NCBI GenBank assembly: GCA_010093605.1
Contig: MU004187.1
Coordinates: 1,788,882-1,852,881 of the forward strand
Reading direction: 5' to 3'
From: Lophium mytilinum
Taxonomy: Eukaryota
Length of the DNA stretch: 64,000 nucleotides
Shown here: one piece after another, positions 37,601-51,990 of the stretch
How positions within the stretch are numbered: the stretch's first letter is position 1
Layout: each line of letters opens with the position of its first letter
Program-made: the position numbers and the translations under genes
Notes under the pieces: model-generated
The model's input: only the letters and a program-made list of their open reading frames with translations
The model's database searches: none
Told to the model about the DNA's origin: nothing

Positions 37601-38168
37601 CTGCATCTGGTCGTATGAGTCGTAGGACCCGTGGCTCTTTACTTGGCTTGTATTTGAGTGCCCATTGTCTTTCAGGCCGACCTCGATTGTCGTCAATTCT
37701 GATGCTGATTGCTTGCTCGGTCGTAGCCTCCAAATCAATCCGTTGGTTCTTTGGCAGGCCAAATACACGGCCATAGCCGTACCGACGAAAAAGGGGAACA
37801 TTGTAGCGATGTACTCTGCCAAAAGCAACGTTTGCCGGATCTCCTTTGCGATCGACTATGTAATACTCCGTTTCGTCCTCCCGGGAATGTGCAGCTACTG
37901 ACACTGGGGCCTGGTCTTTTATGATGCCGTGATTGTGTCTTCTCGTATCCAGCTCTCGGTCACCTTGTTTTGATTTTCTCTCTTTCGAGGGCGACGACCG
38001 TCTTCTACGGCCTCCATGGCTTTTGGAATGTCCATCGCCGTCCCTCTCTTTGTTATCCTTGTGTGGCTTCTCGTTTGTATCGACCTGGGAGCTCTTCGAT
38101 GCGGGGACGGCGGGTTTTGGGCGAAAGCTCGCGAACTTGGGCGCGGTAGGTTTCGTTGTGTCGCTCAT
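34677..38168 (-). CDS. NRDE2: NRDE-2/Nrl1 family nuclear RNAi/splicing-associated protein (exons 38168-36055, 36001-35665, 35597-34677)
   Basis: N-terminal PKFASF, DRKGDPAN...YNVPLFRRYGYGRVFGL, DYRSIEG, GYHEHGVAIWQALLE, FEEFWESEVSRIGE, DDPFHLILFSDI, C-terminal FFRGLTRLPWCK...EEELRVHVDLE. Confidence 0.9.
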
Positions 38169-38676
38169 GGCCTAGGCAAATGGAACGCTTTGAATAGATT
38201 CTAATGAGGGTCAATCGTGAAAGCTTTAGCACCTTGGCTAGTCTCTTATGCTTTAAGTGAAATGGATATAGCGATATGATCTTTGGACGGCGGGACTTGG
38301 TCGGGCCGCGGAATATGTGATTCACCTTGTCTTAATCCTAGCTTGTGCATCCTAATGTGGCTGTTGTGGCAGAGTTGGAAGACTTCACGCAGTGGCCCGC
38401 AGGTTGACGCAGAGGTGAGTTCGAAGTGAGAGCTTGAATTGTTAGGTACCTAGCCTTGAAGTCCAGCGCGTCGCGAGCAAGCTGCACGTGCAGGGATCAA
38501 AGACCCACTTTAAATAAAATCTTGGCACTGGGTTTTAGCTATGCATTTTCACCTCCATCCATTTCCACTGAGACGAATGCGACTTTCCCAGGACTGCTCG
38601 CCGAACCGCCGATGAACCCCAAGTAGCCTATGGACGCTGTCGCAATCATACCAAGCCTCTATCTTCTGGACCCATC

Positions 38677-41600
38677 ATGACTTCTGCGCTCCAGAAACAG
38701 CTCGCGGCCATCGCCGCGACGAGCACCCAGCAACTGGACTTGAAGGCGCAGAAAACTGCCCATGGAAAATCGCTGCTGTACGAACCGAAAGTCGCCGCCT
38801 GTCAAAACTTCAACAATATCTACCAAGTGTGCCATGAAGGATACCGCGAGCTGTGCATGCTCGACAGCCGATTTGTCGCCTTTTCGCAGAACCTATTTAG
38901 CGACCAAGGCAAAACCGAGGACCGGACCCAGATGACAGTGAAAGAGAATGCAGAGCTTGACATTGTCATTGAAAGGTTCCTCACCCTGGTGGGCCCGCGG
39001 TTAGCCTTGAAACCAGCACAAAAGGCTTTAGAATGGCTTGTACGACGATTTCGGTATGTGAATCTTGAGTTCTTGTCGACGATTCGTTCACTGATATGTT
39101 TTTCGATCAGCATCCATGAGTACAATACAGACATTGTCATTCTCACGTTCCTCCCATTCCACGCGATACCAATCTTCACCACGCTCCTCTCAATACTCCC
39201 GGCCAAAACTTCCCCCACGTTCCGCTTCCTACAACCCTACATGAGCTCTCTGGCAAACCCTCAGCGAGCAACCATTGTGTATAACGCGTCGGCCAACCCT
39301 GGAGTTTTCTCTGCCTTGCAAGACTACATCTTGAAAGTCCTAGAGAATGAACATCAATCGGACATATTCTTGAAGTTCTGGGCTGAGGTAACAGCACAAG
39401 CAATGAATGCCATGTTCAATACCGCTCGATCTGGAAGGAAATCTATACAACACCAGCGAGAGGAAGATTTGATCAATCGCATCTTACCTTACCTGAGTAG
39501 ATGTCTGGCATTTGTAAACATCTCTGATGCAATGTATGGATGCTATGCGATCACTACAATTCTAGTCAGCAAGGGAAACCTGGAAGACAAGGTGCTTAGC
39601 TCCCTCTTGGAAGCTATATCCGCAACTTGCAGACCGGATACGACCGACGCCGCTCTCCAGTGTTTAGCGGTGATAGCAGAAGAGCGCCGAAGCGCAAAAT
39701 TTCCCCATAAAGTTGTGAGGCGACTGTTGAAACATGAGGATCTCGTAAAACGGATTGTCTCTCTTGGTCGGGAAATCCGTGTCGAGCGTTTGGCACTGGG
39801 TTGCGCCCTTGGAGCTGTAGATCGACTGAAGAGTCTCCATCATGGGTGTGAAATCCGCACCGTTGAGCAGATACTAGTTTCAGACCTGCTAGAAGACTCT
39901 CAAGCATTGCTTGTCATCAAGTCTTCACTGCGGTTGACAATGGAGATCAACGATTCTACGGATGTAGCACTCGGCATTCGAAGTCAGATTGCGGACCTCA
40001 TTGTTCGTCTACAAGATTCAACGTCCCTGGAAAACAAGTTGCAGAGGGTACTAAAAGAGAACAATTTTGACATCGAGACACTGGAGATGAAACTCAAGAC
40101 CGTTTTGAGGCCCCTTGAAATTGACACTACACCCAAACCCGTTCAAGAGGACTCGGAGATGGCCGATCAAGAAGACGACAACACTACACGCGTGGACCTT
40201 GTATTGTCGAACCTACCAGAACGTCTTCATACTGATACTTTCCTCTTTGGCGCGGAAACAAGTGTTCTGGAAACTCTCGCTGGCGGGTTCATTCAATCAT
40301 CCTCACAAGGTAATAACATCGACGACTTTTTGAACCTACCGATCTTAGACAGAAAGGGAGCATTCGAAAGGCCAGTGTTCTTGAGCTTTCTCATCAGCAT
40401 TTGGTGTGGCCCTTATCCAATACTTGCACGTGGTGCTGCTTTGCAAGCAGCGAGCAAAACTATCGATCAAAACACTGATGAGATGGATCTACAAGCCTTG
40501 CTTCCGTACATGATCTGCGCACTTGCGGATCAATCGAAACAAGTGCGAAAAACTGCTGCGGACTGCGTCATTCTATTGGACCGCAAGGCAGCCCTTCTGC
40601 CCAAGAAATCCAAGATCAACATATGGGCTAGCTCCTCCCTTTATGGTACCAAAACATCCCAGGTTCATTGGATGCCAACACAGTTATACTCAAAATTTCT
40701 GGCATCAGTCCTGGTGCCCACATTGGAAGAATGCATTATGGATGTAAGCCACATCACTAAAGTCATTTTCTCGGCGCTGGACGGTCACTCACACTCAAAA
40801 CTCCCGGCACATAAATCTGGGCCCGCAGAATTGAAAGCCACCGACCGTGGTGGTGTTGTTTCATTCCTAAGCAGCCACACGGTCTTGACGCCACGGATAT
40901 CTGTTCGTTTGAAGCTTCTGTCCCCACTAGCTCGACTCGGAAAGGTCTGCACCTCTGCCCGCGTCATCATGCTCCTTCCTGCTGTTCGCGAGTGGTGCTC
41001 AATGTCGAAGAATGACTTGTTAAGTCTACATGGTCTCGATAACTTCGACACTGCCGATGCAGACAGTCGGCATATAGCTGTGATTTCTGCGCGAGATCAA
41101 GAGGGCATTGATCTCCTGCAGACCATCATCACAGATCCCATTAGTTTCCATCGCCAGTCTGTACAAGAGGCCGCATTCCAGCGACTGCAAGCAATCTGGT
41201 CTACCTTGAAGTCAGCATTGAAACCCTCACTTGCCACAACTCTCCTAGACCTATCCTTGGATGAGAATGAATCTCACCAAGAGGTTGTGTCTTTTCGTCA
41301 GGAGAACTCAAAAGAGCTGTTAGGTGCAGTGAAGCTCTCCTCGAACGTTTTGAGAACCCTTTTAGAGAACGCTATCAGCGCTATCAGCGTCATCCAATCG
41401 TCAGACAAGCCCCCGTCTGCGAAAAGGAGGCGAACAAGTCGCTTGGAGTCATCACGAGAGGAAACGCCTGATTCAAAAGACGTAGGGAGAGCCCTGCGGA
41501 GGGTCACCCTTGTACTGGAGCTGATTGAAGCCTCTAAACCCGAAGAACATCCAGAGCTTCTACGAGGCTTGTTTCACATATTGGGAGAGCTTCACCAGTT

Positions 41601-44405
41601 CCGATCACACTCGGGATCGAACTTGGTCTACCTTCAAAGTCCGATCATTAGATCTCTGTTGTCGATTGTCGAACGTCTGAAGGTAAGCACTTTTCACCAG
41701 TACTGTTACATATGGACTAATCGGTGCCTAGGGTGGACAAGAGCCCGCTGAGGATCATTCCGCTATTCGTGCCGACCTACTTGTTGACTGCATACGACAC
41801 AGTACTAGCCCAGAGGTTCAGAACGCAGCCCTCCTATTAATTTCTAGCTTAGCCTCTTGGAAGCCAGTGGCACACCTTGTTCTGCACACCCTGATGCCCA
41901 TATTCACTTTCATGGGATCTACACTACTACGACAGAGCGACGACAACTCTGCTTATGTTGTCAATCAGACCATCACACGCGTAGTTCCGCAGCTAGCGGC
42001 ATCATTGAGAGACCGAAACAAGAATTTCATTATTGGAGTAGCAGATTTGCTTTTAAGCTTCACCGCCGCGTTCGAGCATATTCCCCTTCACCGAAGACCG
42101 GAAATTTTCGACCGACTTCTGCAAACTCTTGGTGCAGAGGATTCGTTGTATGCTGTAATGGCTCTGCTGCTCGACAAGTACCCGACAAAAACTGACTCGC
42201 GATCATCGATTGAGTCGCGATCGTTCGTTTCACATCTACTAAGGACATTTGAGCCCACATTAATATTGAAGGTAAGCACTCTGGTTCACTAACCTCATTT
42301 TCGTAGTGCTGATGTTGATAGTCATGTACGAAATACCTTGAGCTCATTATCGATGCACTCCAACCAAAACGCACGGTTTCTGAAGTTCTTTTGAGCTTGA
42401 ACGAGAAGAGCCAGGATGAGGTCAACGGTACCGTTCTGACCTTACTGGTGTCTTTAGCAAGCATTTTGGAAGACCCATCATTGATTGCGTATGTCGGTCA
42501 AGTTTTGCGACCTGGCACAGAAAGTGCTGTCTTGCAAAAGACGTTTGCTCCGGCTATTGAGAGAGCCACTCAACTTGCTCGACGTCTTAAGGGCCAGGAA
42601 GAACTCTACCAGGCCTGTAGCCGTGTTTTGTCTAGCATCCTAGAGCTTCTGCCCACCACCAGTCTCATCAAGACCGCGGAAGACTTGCTGGAGAATTCCG
42701 ATGACGATATCAGACGAACGGCTCTGCAGGCAGTGGAGATCAAGGTCCGAAGTATCAAGCAAGGCGACGAACCCTCTATAAAGGCTGCCTTGGCATTCCT
42801 GTCTCGTGTCGGGACTATTATACAGCATTCACAGGACACTGCGCTCAAGCAAAGTGCCGTCGCCTGCATTGATCAAATATCAGAACGATTCGGCAAGCGA
42901 GACAGTGCGGCTGTTGCGTCTGCAGCGCAAATTGTCGCCGGTGTCCAATCACTTGGAAGCAATGACGATCGGCTGCGGGAGATATCGGTCATTTGCCTTG
43001 CCTCAATTGTGGACGTCATATCAGAGGATTTCATCCCGCTCCTACCTGTGGTCCTACCGAAAGCCTTCTCGTACCTGGAGCAAAGTATAGATGCGGATGG
43101 AAAAAGTACCCGTCTACATAATGCGGTATATTCGCTGCTTTGCGCTATCATCGAGAAATTGCCGTTCATGTTCATCGGGAGCTACCTGGACAAGTCGCTG
43201 GAGTTGTCGCACAGATCTGCCAAATGCGATCTGGGTGAGAACTGCGATGAAAGCAGGGATCACTTCTACGGCTATGTTGCAAAGCAAATCGAGGCTAAAG
43301 AGTGTTTTGAGGCCATCAATCGGACCTTCGATGACGCAGTCGAGAACGGACACGAGGTAATTTCCCAAATTCTCTTTCACTCTACTTTGCTGATGAATCA
43401 TAGGCTCTTCGCGAACATCTCAACGCCCTGCTATTAGCTGTCAGGTCGCGACCAAACTCGGCGATCCTTAAGAATACTCAGACCTTGTTCACCATTTTCT
43501 TGACCGCGCTTGACACTCGGCGTACTCTGAATACCTCGCCGACCGAAGACGATGATGATGACACTGATGTCGAACACTTAGATTCTATTGTACAGGATGC
43601 CGCTATTGAAATGACGACTAAGCTCAATGACATGACTTTCCGTCCCTTCTTCTCCCGGCTCGTAGAGTGGGCATCCAAAGGGCTTCCGAAGAAAGATATA
43701 GAAGGCAGAGCTCTTCGATCGATATCTCTTTACTCATTCCTTGAGAGGTTTTTCGACAAATTCAAGGTACTATCAGTCTATCTTGAGGTGTATAAATGCT
43801 AATTTTTATAGTCCTACGTGATTAGTTATTCCAGTTATATTCTTGAGGACGTCGCTGATATACTGCAAAACGCCTCCAAACTCGACAGTTTGAGCGAAAA
43901 ACTTGTCAAGACGGTTCTAAAGGCTCTTACTAAGAGCTTCGAGCATGATCAAGATGGTAAATATCGCATGATACTTAGGTTTTACCCCTCACTAACACTA
44001 AACATAGGGTTTTGGCAAGCACCGTCTCACTTTAGCGCCGTCTTGGGTCCTGTACTGAAGCAGCTCAGTAATGAGTCGTCTGCTGTCGTGACAGAAGATG
44101 TGATTCCAGCCATCGTGGAATTGGCAGTGTCGGCAGACTCCGCAGATCACCGCAAAGAGATGAACGGCATACTCCTTAAGCTGATGCGTTCCGACGAGGC
44201 ACACACGCGGCTGGCAGTCGTGCAGTGTGAGCAAGCCTTGACGAAGAGGTTAGGGGAAGATTGGCTCGGAATGATATCGGAAATGCTGCCCTTCATCAGC
44301 GAGCTACAGGAAGATGACGATGAAATGGTGGAAAGCGAAACGCTTCGTTGGATCAACTTGATGGAGGAAACACTCGGAGAGAGCCTCGAGCCTATGCTCC
44401 AGTAG
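38677..44405 (+). CDS. UTP10: U3 snoRNP/SSU processome HEAT-repeat protein Utp10/HEATR1 (6 introns, approx. 39054-39110, 41683-41731, 42272-42321, 43357-43403, 43767-43811, 43957-44007)
   Basis: MTSALQKQLAAIA start, KALEWLVRRFR|IHEYN, LMPIFTFMG, AFEHIPLHRR, BP28CT-type KLNDMTFRPFF and C-terminal EMLPFISELQEDDDEMVE...LGESLEPMLQ. Confidence 0.96.
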
Positions 44406-44496
44406 CTGTAGATAATGAACACGACAGCTCTCGAAGCTTCGGCTTTGGTTGTTGTCGTCTAAATATATTCTATTCAAATCCGTTTTGGATTAGCGC

Positions 44497-44635
44497 ACAC
44501 GCTAGGCAGGAAATAAGTAGCACACTACAGCAGTTCAACACTGTATAAGGTGGCCCAAAGAGCTCTCAGGCTTGCCAAAGCAGGCCCGTTATGAATAGCA
44601 ATAGCTTACTGGCGGACCTTAAGCGGTGCTAAGCA
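44497..44635. repeat. Dispersed degenerate repeat, copy B (partner at 18255-18393), followed by an AT/TpA-rich tract
   Basis: Ungapped 106/139 identity to copy A, same orientation. Confidence 0.8.
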
Positions 44636-45006
44636 AGCGTATATAGTACATAAATAGAATAGTATACATATATCTTATAAATCTGTATACTACTACTCTC
44701 TATTGACCCTTAATTACGGCGCTGCCGTTTAGATGCACCTGTTTACCACTACTTAAGGTGTCCCAGCGAGTTTCCACAGACCCCAGAAGGAAGATCTTCT
44801 ATCCTTTTTGAATTTCCGAAAATGTGTTGAAGCACTCCAAGGCGGGGGCATACACCCCAATGTAGAATAGAGTGCCACATTTTTCATGCCCCTCGTGGCG
44901 CAGTGACGGCACCCGAGGTTCTGTGCGCCCCTAGGCTGCACCACTTCCACCACGATATCCCGCCAAAGTCAATACGCTGACATTCATGTCATGTTGACCC
45001 TCTGCA

Positions 45007-47008
45007 ATGTCTGGCACCAGCGATGCTAGCACGACCGACGTCGACTACAGTCCCTCTGATGCGACCACAGCTCCGCCTTTGTCTGCTCTCTTTCTGATCA
45101 AGTTCGACCAGAAGGTAGGGTGTGTACTAGCAGCTTCCCGGAAACTTAGGAACTCTTGCTGACGACCTGTTCATAGCTACTCAATTGCCTGGAAGCGATC
45201 GACTGCCGATGGTAAGCTTCTTTGCCCCTTCAATTCGTGGCCTATTGGCTCACACGATCTACTTAGTTGTCCTTGATGGCACCGTCGAGTTCAAATCCCT
45301 TCCTTCCGGCCTACATACTGTAAAGGAGGACCTTGTGTACGTTGTGGAAGACTTGAGCGCACGAGATGTCGCTGACGCGTGGGGCAGATACTTTGTACAT
45401 GAGGGGTACGCCGGCCTAAGCGCATTTGTGAATGGACCGGCTTCAGCGGCGGAGCGCAACGCACACCTTGTTGCAGTGGGCATATTGGTGCCATTGAGTT
45501 ATGGAAGACTTGGACGGAGCTGGCTCCATGCTCAAGCTCTCCAGAACTTAGCTGCGTACGTCCTCTTTGCGTATGGAGTACTCCGGCAACCGCTAAACTA
45601 GGCTCAGGGTATTGGTCGGCGATGTCTCCAAAACTGAACCTTTAGAAACATACTGGGAAAATCACGGAGCGAATGGCGACCAGGACAACCCAAACCTCAA
45701 TTCTTCTAACATATCATCCGGCTCGAACCCAAGTCCATGGAAAACACATAACAGGAGTCGCGCCCTTTCGAGTCTAATTGCTGTCATCCCTTCGGAGCAA
45801 TCCTTACCACCTTGGCATCCTGCTTTGTCTATTGTAAAATACATCGATACCTTTGGTCCCCTAGTGTTTCCATTACAGCGAGCTGCGCTGCTTCGAAAGC
45901 GGATTCTGTTCATGACGTCCGCGCCTGTCCGGCCGGCTTGCGAATTTGGTAAGTGATGGTGAACGCAATACCTCGTACTTCCATCCTCGTTCTCTTTCTT
46001 TAACAAAATGCAGTGTACGATCTTTCTATTCTCTCTAGCATTCCCGGCTCCGTTTCCGAGCTTCTTCCTCCTGGCTCGGAGTCTCTTCATAGGCTTCGGT
46101 CACTGTTCACATTAGGTATACACGATATACCGCTTCTAGAAAAGATGTCCGTCCCGCATGGTGCCCCAGGAGCAACCCAAAGCGCAGAAGATGATGCCAC
46201 TTATGGTTGGGTTGCATGCACGACAGATGAGATATTGACAATCAAGCAAAAACTGTACGATATCATTGTCGAAATTCCAGCTACTACGGACAATGCCACG
46301 GAAACCAAACGATGGCCGACTATCAAGACATGCGACGGAGCAGAGATCAAAGCCTCGCAGAGAGATCTTAGACGTTTCAAGCTTTTATACCACGAGCTAT
46401 GGAAGATTCGACACCGTGTGCAATCAGATCACGACGGTGATGAAGACACAAACGATCAAACCTTCTTAATACCACACGACCCCGAGAACGAGAGCGAAGA
46501 CGAAAGCGACGAGGGCTACGACGACAAGCTCATCGAGCCAATGACCTGGGCTCAGCTAGCCTACTCAGGCTTTATGTGGTGGGCGTCTGCCGGCGAAAAG
46601 GACTCCTATCTAACAGAAGAGGCGGACGGAGATAGAGAAATCCTTGGCGACATTTCCGACTTTGTCCCTGGTGGCATGCACATTGAAAGCAACGGCGCAG
46701 ACCCAATGACGGCGAGTGGCCTTGCTCAGACGGGACTGCACACTGCGATCATCGCCTACTTCCACCGCTTAACTTCGGTGATGGTCACGACGCTAGCGGA
46801 CTTGATCGAGTGTTCGGACGACGAGGACCCAACTGGAGATGAGAATACAGTTTTGCAGGTAACGAGCGAAGACATTGCGAGAATGGGCCTGGAGGCGTGG
46901 AGCGAGTCTGACAAGGCGTTTGCGAAGGATTTCTTGATGACGTACTTTGGGAGGGACGCAGAGGTGCATGGGGCTAGTCTTGAGTGCTGTGGTCTTAGGG
47001 TTTGCTAG
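45007..47008 (+). CDS. DENN-like protein of the DENND11/LCHN (DUF2347/DUF4484) family, about 5 introns
   Basis: LSALFLIKFDQKVG|YSIAWKRS...VEFKSLPSGLHTVKEDLV|YFVHEGYAGLSAFVN, HPALS...FGPLVFPLQRAALLRKRIL, YSGFMWWASAGE, C-terminal CCGLRVC. Confidence 0.85.
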
Positions 47009-47291
47009 CGCTTGAATACGCTTGACTTGGAGTACCATAGGGAAAATCATTATAATTCACACTCTGACCTATGTCATATTACGGATGCTTGGATGGATGC
47101 GTGAAGCAAGGCCTATACAGTATCAGGACAACGGTTCGTGCGCCTATTTTCCCATTTTCCTTAAACAATGCTCGCTATACCATACCTCATAATTCATGTT
47201 ATACTTCCAGGCTGTCTCTTCAACTTTGTCAATCTTCTCACGACTTCTTCCCGCTCACTTGCCTCTCTACTACCATTCGACCAAACCCACG

Positions 47292-48720
47292 TCACGGCCA
47301 CCTCCACATATCCTCCTCCATCAAATCCTCCAAACAAAACCCCCTCTCGACCCTCCCCCTTAACCACTCCAACTCCCCCAAATCCTCCGTAAACCAGCCT
47401 TTACTCCTCGCGCCACACGCAATATTCGGAGTGCCTCTCCCTGCACCCCTACCTCCCCCGTCTACGGCGCCCCCAGCATCCACCCCCGCAATCTCACTTT
47501 TCCCCTCAATGTGGTGCAGCAGCTCCGGATTCACAGTCCAACAGCGCCACCCGTGGTCCCTGCACGCCTCGAGGATCCGCACGTCGTATGCCTGACACCC
47601 ACCCGGTCCTTCAGTGCCGTACGTCGCGAGCAAGCGGGCGGCCGAGGCGCGGGTGACGGCGTAACCGAAGGTGCAGAGGGGCCAACGGGAAGGATGCAGC
47701 AGGCGGGTTTGATCTGGCAGGATGCTCAGGAAGTCAGCAGTCTGCGGTCGCCAGCGGTCTCGAGGCAGGAGGGTGGGGTCGTGATAGGTGCGGTACGTGC
47801 TGTTGGGGGTGCTGGCGAAGTAGGGCTCGAGGGAGGGGATGGCGTCGAAGTTGGCCATGAAGTCGCCGCAGTGGCCGAGGTGGAGGAGCTCCCAGGTTAG
47901 AGGGCCCCAGTAGGTGGAGGGGGTCGTGGCGGTGGTGTTGGGGGAGAGGACTGCGCGGAGGGCGGCGGCGGCGAGGGGGATTTGGGTGCGGCGGAGGTGG
48001 ATGCTCCAGTCCACGTCGTCTTCGAGGATTATGGCGGTGCTGAGGGTGGTGCTTAGGAACCTGCGTTTGGTTAGTTTTTGGGTGTTATGGGAGGTAGGAT
48101 TTGGGCTGGGTGTTTCAGGACTTGATATCTGATATGTGATAGTCTGAGGACTGATTATTGAGAATGAAGGGGCTACAAGACTACTGTGAATAGTAGGCAC
48201 GCCGAGTTACCTCGGACAGTGTCATAGTGATATACAGAGACGAAAAAGGTGAGCAGAATGGTAGCTGCCATCTGCAAGGGCGGTTGAAATAACGAAAGCA
48301 TTACCATTTCAGGGCATTTAGATGTCCCATCCAGGCTAACGCCGAACCCTTGCCAATTCGAGAATTCTCCGGCGATCGAAAGCTGCGGAGATCCCGGTCG
48401 GTCCATACCGGTTGGTCAGGGATTGTGAGATCGATGCCTGTCAAGTTGGCGGCAAAGACGAGGTCTTTGCGACGCGACGATTTCGCATGGGAAACGGCTA
48501 TGACAGCGCCGAACTATTTTCAGTGTCAATACGAGAGTAATACGAGGCCCTAGACGAGGGAATGTACCCCTAGAGTTGAGTTTGCTGACTCAAGAACTGC
48601 GCCCTTTCTGGAAAATGAAGCCGCACTCCAGTCGCCGTAGAAGAAGAGGTAGCCAACGGGCATCAAGCATATCGCGAGAGAGACTGCCAAGAGACGGACG
48701 GGCTTCCTTTTGAAATCCAT
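47292..48720 (-). CDS. Glycosyltransferase family 25-like type II membrane protein (exons 48720-48568, 48513-48305, 48060-47292)
   Basis: N-terminal TM, ANSTLG|FGAVIAVS...RRKDL, GSALAWMGHLNALKW|FL...AIILEDDVDW, WELLHLGHCG, PLCTFGYAVT. Confidence 0.88.
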
Positions 48721-49079
48721 GGTTGGCACACAGGATGAATTGACGATGGTGACAGATTGGCCAATAGCAGCCGCCGGCTTCGCTCTTCCGGATGGAGCGA
48801 ACGCCTCGTCCGCGTAAACTTGCTGCTCGTTGTTTAGGGCTGCTAGCTGAAGGCGCTGACGCGAAATTAGACGCGTCTCGGGCTGAAAAAAGGGCAAGCC
48901 CGGCAGGACTGGGCGAGTGATGCGGCCCGGAGAGGCTGCCCGTCATGTGCCCCTGCGTTGGTCTCTCCCCACCAGCTGTACCTAGACATACATCGTCCCT
49001 TGCTCGATCCACACGCTGCAACACCACCCAGAAGGGCTCCTCCACGTCCCACGACACGTCCCAGGAATGCGACACAAAA

Positions 49080-51990
49080 ATGGCCGACGTCTCGACCTCC
49101 ACCGCCCCCAAGTTCTCGCGGTACCGCTCCGTGCGCCGCCAGCAGGAGCAACAATTGAAGCAGCCGCCCCCGCCCATGCCACCGCTCAACCCGCCGAAGG
49201 AGGCTTCTGTTAGCAGGAGCATGTCGCGATACCATCGTCAGCGAGCAGGCGCCGCTGTCAACAATGCCGTTCCTCCGATCCCTGACCTCCCCGGCATGCG
49301 CAGCGTAAAGTCTCAGCAAACACTCCCACCTCCTCCCCCTGTGCCGGTGCCTACGCACGCGACCTCGAGTCCACGCCTTCGTTCGGGAACTGTGGGACGC
49401 CATAATGCGCCGCAGAATATTAGCAGCGAGGAGAGCAAGATGTCGCCCTCCACGGGCACAGCGGGGAAGCCAGTTCCTCTGGTCAAGCGCACAGCTCGAG
49501 AACCGTCGGCCACCGCCCGGGAGGAGGCGCGCAAATTAATGCAGGGCGAGGCGGAGCGTCTCAGGAGAATAAAGGAAGATCAGCGCATTGAGCGGGAGGC
49601 TTTGGAAGCTAGGCGGGCGGAGCAAGAGCGGAGCGTGAGGCACGAACAGGAGAAACAGAAGGCACTTCTGGAAGCAGAGCGGCTGAAACAACTACAAGAG
49701 AAGGTAGAAGAGGAGGAGCGGATCCGGTTACAACAAGAGGAGGAATCTCGCGCCAAAAGGAGGCTTCAAGAAGCCAGTCGCGCGAAACAGCATCAGGAAG
49801 AGGAGGCACAACCTAAATCACGGATGCGAGCCAGAACTGTTGGCAGGGAGCAGAGACCGGCGACTTCAAAGGGTAGTCCTTCCGAATCCAGGCCTCAGAC
49901 ATCATCACAGAAATCTCTACCTCATAACTCGCCTTCCAAACTCGGGTTTCTAAAGAAAAAAAATCGAGACGACGCTCTCAGAGCACTGGAAGACAGGCCT
50001 AAAACCTCTGCACGGCCCAGGGAGATTAGCACTAGCAGTGGCGGAAAGAGCGCCTCTAAACCGTTAGCTGGATTTGATGCGCCAATCTCAGCTGTCAATG
50101 CCGGAGATCGCGTAAGATATGACCCCTCTTGAGTGCCTATACCGCTAACACAGTCCTTAGCGCGTGATGGTGGACCGCAATGGCTCCCAAATACTTCTCC
50201 CAGTCGTTCCAGGGACTACCCCATTAGAGCTCATTCGATCGGCTGCCAATTGTTTGTCTGTGCCTATCGATCCGAAAGGATCAGTGCTCCTGGAGAACTT
50301 TGGCAAGGTTGGATTGACGAGGCCGCTTCGACACTATGAACACGTACGTGATGTCATGAATTCATGGGATAGGGACGATGAGAACAATCTCTACCTGGTG
50401 GATGCCTCCACAAGAGGCGCTGAAGAAGAGCTCAGCTCTTCCCAAGTACCAACATCGAAACCCGAAATCTTCTCTTGTTTTATCTACTATTCTCAGAAAC
50501 CGGGCAAGTGGGCTAAGAAGCACTTCACATTGCGGCCAGACGGTCAAATTCTGCTTGCAAAGAACGACGCCGGCAAAGACTCGAGTAATGTTTGTCACTT
50601 GTCCGATTTCGATATTTACACTCCGACGGTCAAGAAGGTGTCAAAGGTCAGACCACCAAAGAAGATATGTTATGCTGTCAAGAGCCAACAGAAGACGGCA
50701 ATGTTCTTGGATGAAATGAGCTTTGTCCATTTCTTCTGCACAGCAGACAAGGCGGTTGCAAACGCTTTCTACAAAGCAATACAGGGATGGAGGAGCTGGT
50801 ACCTGGTAAATGTTATGGGCGAAGGGCAAAAGAAAGCTAAGACGACTGAAGGCACCAATGGAGGGGGGCTTCTTCCAACCTTTGGATTCTTGGGCGGTAG
50901 TCCGAAAGACGAAAAGATGACATCTCATTCGAGAGGTTTCTCCGTCGACTCGCATTACCAACTGGGTTCGTTTAAACCTCTTCTTGATCTCAGTGTGTTT
51001 GAAAAAGAAGAGAAGAAAGACAACAACGGCGTTACAGATGACTGGCGATTGCCTATGGACACTAAGGCAATGCACTCTCGCAAAATGTCTACACGCGTGA
51101 GAGAACCGCCACCACCCTCTGGACATGCCACCAAATACAGCCAGAATTCGAACCGCCTCAACTCCTTGGCCCAGAGTACATCATCATCCCATCAATCGAA
51201 TGGCGAAGAGCCCTTTGCTGCAACAGGTCTACTAGGGCGCCAGTACTCCCAACGCCAAAAGCTGCTTCAGGAACGAGAGCAGAACAGCACTAGTAATATC
51301 GGCCCGTTCACTGGCGGTTCCAACCTCATCAGTAACGTCAACTCACCGTATATGACCACCGAACCAAGCTCCGGTCTGGGTCGCAAATCTTCCGTGCGCA
51401 GCACCCGTCAATCTAGTGACCTGAATCGATCAGCTTCCACACGAAACAAGCCCAAGCCACTGGTAGACCTTACACCCCAATACCGTGAGCCACCTCAGCA
51501 CGCTCGAAAGGGCAAAGGGTTCATTCCTGATACCAAAACCGAGCCACTCGTCTCGAGCGCCACGTCGCCAGAAGAGGCCATCAAGATTCCCCCATCAACG
51601 GACTGGCGGCGGCCCAGCACCTCTGCAAACCACGGAAATTACGGCAGCGGCAACCATGAGCGCAGCCGCTCTCTCCGTGGTGGGCCACCAGCCGGGCTGG
51701 CCTCTTACGCTGTCAATATCCACGACAACGTCCCGCAGGATGAGTCAGATGCGTTTACAGGTCGTGGCCTACTTGCCAACGCTGGGTTCAGCCAGGGCGG
51801 TGTGGTGACTGGCCGCGGAATCATGGATGGTTCAAAGGCGAAGGGCCCAATGCTCGGTGTTGATGACCGCAGCCAGTTTGTGCCCGGCAGTCTGCTCTCT
51901 GGCGTGGAGAAGGTGCAAGGATCTGCCGGGCCTATTATTGATCGAGAGAAGAGACATGTTGCCGATGTTGCTACTGGAGAGGGGATGTAG
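49080..51990 (+). CDS. Pro-rich/coiled-coil adaptor with ubiquitin-like (RA-like) and PH-like domains (exons 49080-50111, 50161-51990)
   Basis: FSRYRSVR start, polyproline and E/R coiled coil, FDAPISAVNAGDR|RVMV...LLENFGKVGLTRPLRHYEHVRDVMNSWD (RA-like), then KWAKKHFTLRPDG...FYKAIQGWRSWYL (PH-like). Confidence 0.8.

Noticed and set aside
44716..44728. ACGGC-GCT-GCCGT hairpin as a Helitron 3' end
   Set aside because: Stem is only 5 bp and no CTRR terminus at the expected distance.
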